A stretch of DNA of 64,000 nucleotides. Origin: the human T2T-CHM13v2.0 reference genome, Homo sapiens. The notes beneath the pieces are model-generated. The model worked only from the letters and a program-made list of their open reading frames with translations. It was not told where the DNA came from and made no database searches. The stretch lies in NCBI RefSeq assembly GCF_009914755.1, contig NC_060930.1; one strand, given 5' to 3'. The position numbers and the translations under genes were made by a program. The stretch's first letter is position 1; every line of letters starts with the position of its first letter. Shown piece by piece: positions 59,171 to 64,000 of the stretch.

Positions 59171-59422
59171 CATTTGCAAATCAGAAATTTTATCAGAAAA
59201 CAGTAAATGTTATTGAAAATAACAAAAATAGGATGGAAATGAATTACAACTGTCCATCTGTGCCAAATGCAGTTTTCAAGTAGTAAGTAGAAAGTCTATA
59301 TAACAGTCCTGACTTGCTGAGCTTCCATTACACAAGGCAGTCAATGATGATGCCTACTCTCTTCAGCCTTCTTCCCATTTCAGCAGAGACACAGGGACAA
59401 CTAAGCCAACCTGGGGGAGGGT

Positions 59423-59423
<1 letters not shown>

Positions 59424-59471
<48 letters not shown>

Positions 59472-59472
59472 A
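59424..59472. repeat. (GT)17(GC)5 alternating purine-pyrimidine tract
   Basis: 49 bp of uninterrupted RY alternation. Confidence 0.95.
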
Positions 59473-61571
59473 ATGCTGGATCTTTAGAACTGAGATGCAC
59501 CTTCCCACCTTTGAGTGATGGAGCCTCCTAACAACATAGTCACACAATGGGCCACATTTTGGCCTTATGTATTCAATGCTGTTGACCTGTTGTAAATTAC
59601 CAATGTATTTATGTTACATATAGTACCAGGATATACATGCGTATACAAAAACCCTGGGCTCTGAAGCATAAAACTTCTCCTTCTAGATTCCTTTTGATTT
59701 AAAATTCAGTCTTTCCTGTAAATAAGTGTGTGAGTTGAGTCGGGGAGGCAGGGAGAAGTCAGAGGGAAAAATAGCACAACTAAAAGGAAGGGAAATGAGG
59801 AGACAGCAACTAAACTGAGGAAAGTCCAACTTTAAGTGGCCTCTGGAGCTAATGAGTAGGATGTGCCCAAGCCATCCCTCTCTGAAGTCACATTATTAGC
59901 TGCTCCCCAAACATTTTCCAACCTAACTTTTTAAATAATTAAACAAATGAAAAAGAAACCTCCTTTCTTCAAGTGTAAAAGCTCCTAGGGCTTTGGTCTT
60001 TATTACTAATAAATTTCCACCAGCCCCCATCCTCTGCCTTGACAGAGTGTGGGAGAAGCTGGCTGGGAATGAGATTTTTGCCACCTTGATGAGTGTGCTC
60101 ATTAGGGAAGCCACTTGGTTTGAAGACCTGCCCCAGCCAATCTGATTGTGGATTTTATTGAAATAATTTTATAAACAAGTCTTCAGACAAGGTTTAGTCC
60201 TTATGAATCCTCCAAGCTCATTACTACCCCCAGGAAGAAAATTGAAGAGATAAAAATAAAGTCTAGGATTAAAACACTTTCACCTTTAGGCAAAACAGTC
60301 TCCAGGGCCTTCAGATTTCTCCATCTGTAAAACAAGGGTAATGATATTTCCTTCTCCAGCTCATCAGAAGAGCTAACACGAAATTCTGGAGAGCATTCTT
60401 GGCAGCTGGGAAAGAAGGTAACTAATAAACCTGATTATTTTTAATAGCATAAGGACCTAACAATGACAAATAAATGTCTGGTCTCTCTTACGACAGGGTA
60501 AAAACAATGTAAAGGAGAGACATACGTATGGTGTAATAAATCAGCCAAATATCTTGGAAATTCACCTGTCTTGAATGGGAAAGCTGTTCTCTTTCCAATA
60601 TTTTCTTTGACATTAAGGGGTTTTAGCCCAATGACATTCACTGTAAAGATAATTAAATGTATTTGTGGCAGCTGCTACTGCAGAATCAGAGTGACCTTAG
60701 AAAGACGTTTGCATAGGAAAGCCTTCTACAGCCGTCAGATATTCCCAGGTGGTGGGGAACATTTCAAAGCAGCCTGCCTCCTACACCCCTCACCCAGTAG
60801 TCAGTCAAAAGGCAGAAGACTAAAATTCCTATTGACCACGAGTGTCTCAAACTCAACAGGGAGGGTGTGCCTGAATTTTAAGATAATCCCACAAAGCCAA
60901 ACTCAAGAGTGCACAGAAGCATCACATTTAGAAAGTGTGAAAGAGCTGGATGAAGCTCAAGAATGATCGACATATCCCTTTCTGAAGTAAGTGACAGCAT
61001 CTTCTGGTTCTACCCGCTTTCTTATTTTTGCATCAAACATAAATAGTAAGTGAAGAAATGTAATTCAATAGCAGAGCTTCAGGTTCCTGAGATTAGATGA
61101 AAGGGATCCTTAGCACCAAGGCACAAAGACATGAAAAAAAGTCAGAGACGAAAGGAATGGTAAGAAGCAAACTTCAGTCGGAAAAATCTTGTGTATCAGA
61201 GTGGCTGTTTTGAGCTTCACAGAGTCGTCCTGAGCATACATTATACTGGGTTTCGCTGCTTCACGTAGTATCAGGTATTTCATATAAATAATTAAAAAGC
61301 CACTGGCTGCTGGGGCCAGGTTTAAATGGATTGAAAAGGAGCGTGGGTCACCTGTTTTCAGGCTGGGAGACTTAATGAGAGGGTGGACAAGGCATTGAGA
61401 GATGACGATGCTCTCGTGAAGGATTTAAGGACAGCATCCATCTCCAAGGCTGTATTTCCACCCCCACCTCCTCCAGGCTCACCTTTCTGGCTCAAGGTTT
61501 TTCATGTGCTCTTTTTATTATTCTTTTTTGATTCACAGCTACCATATGCACATGTTAAGAGGCTCAAACTT

Positions 61572-61878
61572 GGCCAGGCACAGTGGCTCACGCCTGTAAT
61601 CCCAGCACTTTGGGAGGCCGAGGCGGGTGGATCACGACGTCGGGAGTTCAAGACCAGCCTGGCCAAGATGGTGAAACCCCATCTCTACTAAAAACCCCAA
61701 AAAATTAGCTGGGTGTGGTGGTGGGCACCTGCAATCCCAGCTACTCGGGAGGCTGAAGCAGAGAATTGCTTGAACTCAGGAGGCGGACGTTGCAGTGAGC
61801 TGAGATCGTGCCACTGCACTCCAGCCTGGGCGACAGAGCGAGACTACATCTCAAAAATAATAATAATAAAAAAAAAGA
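61572..61878 (+). mobile_element. AluS (Sg-like)
   Basis: 15-bp TSD AAGAGGCTCAAACTT. Confidence 0.95.
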
Positions 61879-62804
61879 AAGAGGCTCAAACTTGTCTTTT
61901 AAAAAGTGAAGTGCCTTGCCTTGTCCTACACCGTGGCCTCTCCTTGGACACAAACAGGCAGGGAGTGTTTAAGATAACAGCATTGCAGAGTGCAAACGGC
62001 CCCCAAAGTGGAGCCAGAGGAACCTATGAGATCATTTGGAAAAGCTTGTGAATTCACTGCCATTTGCCTACTTGGCTTCGGATGAAAAGCAAATCTTAAA
62101 GCTGCTCAAAATGTGTCTGATTCATCTGTAACTGAGAATGAGACCAATCAGGGATAAGAAGTGAGTAAAATCCTTGTGATCACAGAGCCAAGAGAGCCTA
62201 TTTTAAAGCACTTAATGTATTTTTTTTCTTAAAGATATATACACCAACTGTAATTAAGCTCTCCCTTTCCTTATGATCTTGGCAAGATGTTAAAAAAGAG
62301 ATAGAGGGAGGGAGTCGACTTGCCAAGTGGATTTTTCTAAGCGTTCTCAGCCCTAATTAAAAGTCCTTTGTGCAAGGCCAACCAGCAATCAGATTCCTAA
62401 TTAGAGTTGAGCAAACTGCCTTGGTGAACTGTGGGTTTCTCTGAACCCGGGAATCTGAGGAAAAAGTCTGTCTGTCTCAAAGGTGCCATTTTCTGAAGCA
62501 CAAACACACCCAAATCCTAAAAGGCATGTCTCACAAGGGCAATGTCACAACCTTAATACTGTTGGTCGATTACTGTTTTTGCCTTGAAACGGCTCCGCAG
62601 CATCCTATATATTGCGTTGTTACGTCTGTTTTGCTGTTTGTTACGGTATTATGATGAAATGGCGCCTTATTAAAAACCTGTCTTCAGGATCTGGAATTCT
62701 GGGACTTGAGATTTAAGTGTATTAAATGCCAGGAATTCATGGTTTATGTCCAGAAAAAGAAGACCATTCTGCCATTAACTGGATTTCCCCTGGAGTCTTG
62801 GGAA

Positions 62805-63045
62805 TCATAATAGTGTGTACACAAGTGCTTACCACATGCGAACACAGCTCTAAGAACTCTATAAATACGAATGCATTCACCTCTCACGAGGATGCCATGA
62901 GGCAGGCTCTATTATCTCCCCCGTTTCACAGGGAGGAAACTGAGGCAAAGAGAAGTTAAGGCGGTATCTCAAAGTCACATTAGAAAGTGATAAAGCCAAG
63001 ATTGACCTGCAGTCAGTCACATTCCAGAGCCTCTGCTCTTACCTC
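62805..63045 (-). mobile_element. MIR
   Basis: CCCCGTTTCACAGGGAGGAAACTGAGGCAAAGAGAAGTTAAG. Confidence 0.85.
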
Positions 63046-63071
63046 CCAGCACTGGAGCCATGGCGTTGGAC

Positions 63072-63119
63072 CCCCGGTCCCCGGGCCTCATGCCCCGGTC
63101 CCCAAGCCTCATGCCCCGG
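63072..63119. repeat. 21-bp GC-rich tandem repeat, ~2.3 copies
   Basis: CCCCGGTCCCC(GG/AA)GCCTCATG x2 followed by CCCCGG. Confidence 0.9.
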
Positions 63120-64000
63120 GTCAGAGCATCCACACAGCAGTGCAGCTGGGAGCATGGCTCCATCTCCTATGTAGCCCCTGGATTTCTTCCTGATTACTAG
63201 GTAGGGTTTTCCAAGATCCACATTTCAAATTGAGAACTTCTGAAATGTAGGCCTTCAATAAAGAGATTATACCAAGATGTAAAAATAAAGAACATTGCTA
63301 TTCTTCATTCCCAGAACTGTGGTGAAAGCAACAATGGCATTCTTGTCTCACCCAGTGAGAGACAAAGCACCCCAAAGCCACAGCATCCAACGGAGATGCC
63401 ACAAAAAAGGATGCCCACCCTTGGCTTAGCTCATCTCATACATAACTCTTCATTTCTCGATTTTTCCAGAAATGTACACATCCTGAGACAGGGAGGAAGT
63501 GCTCACAATTAGACAATTTTCTTTTCTCCAGGGCTTTCATTTGAATCAGATTCATGAAGGAAAAACTCTTTCTGGGTTTTTTTTTTTAGATCATTATTTA
63601 ATAGTCTTAATAGAAGATGGATTTTATCTGTAGATTTTTGCTTTCAATTAAAAATGCTAAATGTAAATATTGTAGTGTCAAACCTTTTAAATGTTTAATA
63701 TACAGCACACTGCAAAAGAAATACTTTTGTGTAGTCAGGACTTGGCAGTTTACATGGTGTCATTTGGGGTGGGGGGCAGCATGATGAGAGGATGGTGGTG
63801 TCAGAACCGTGGAGGAGAAGGACATCAGAGACACCAACAGACATGAGAAAAAAGAAAAACGAGACTAGAAAGAGAATGAGGGGAAGAACGAGGGGCCCCA
63901 GAGAAAGGCTTTCCTTCCCAGAGACAAGTGAAAATTCTATAGTTTTTATAAGAAAGAAAGAAAAACACCCCAAAGAGCTCTGTGGGAGTGTGGGAGGATG

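Overview
Primate (almost certainly human) non-coding genomic DNA, roughly half interspersed repeats: about 20 Alus, old L1/L2/MIR fragments, a near-full-length Tigger1, a complete THE1D provirus, an internally deleted MLT2/ERVL provirus and solo MST/LTR16 LTRs. I find no credible host protein-coding exon; the ORF track is explained by repeats and low-complexity sequence. The one named gene I recognise is the microRNA hairpin MIR4464 (12336-12427, +). From memory, that places the window at human 6q15, just upstream of BACH2 and towards MAP3K7; this placement is unverified. The most interesting signal is the architecture around the miRNA. The 35/36-bp hairpin abuts a fresh ~50-bp tandem duplication. 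Its 3' arm has a diverged sister copy 1.8 kb upstream, and that copy forms a fully paired site (19 Watson-Crick + 2 G:U) for the mature miRNA on the same strand. Several other short templated duplications and perfected palindromes occur in the window, including one inside an Alu where the ancestral state is known. Together they suggest repeated template-switch events, one of which appears to have created a miRNA next to its own potential cis target. Repeat boundaries and subfamily calls were made by eye and are approximate.
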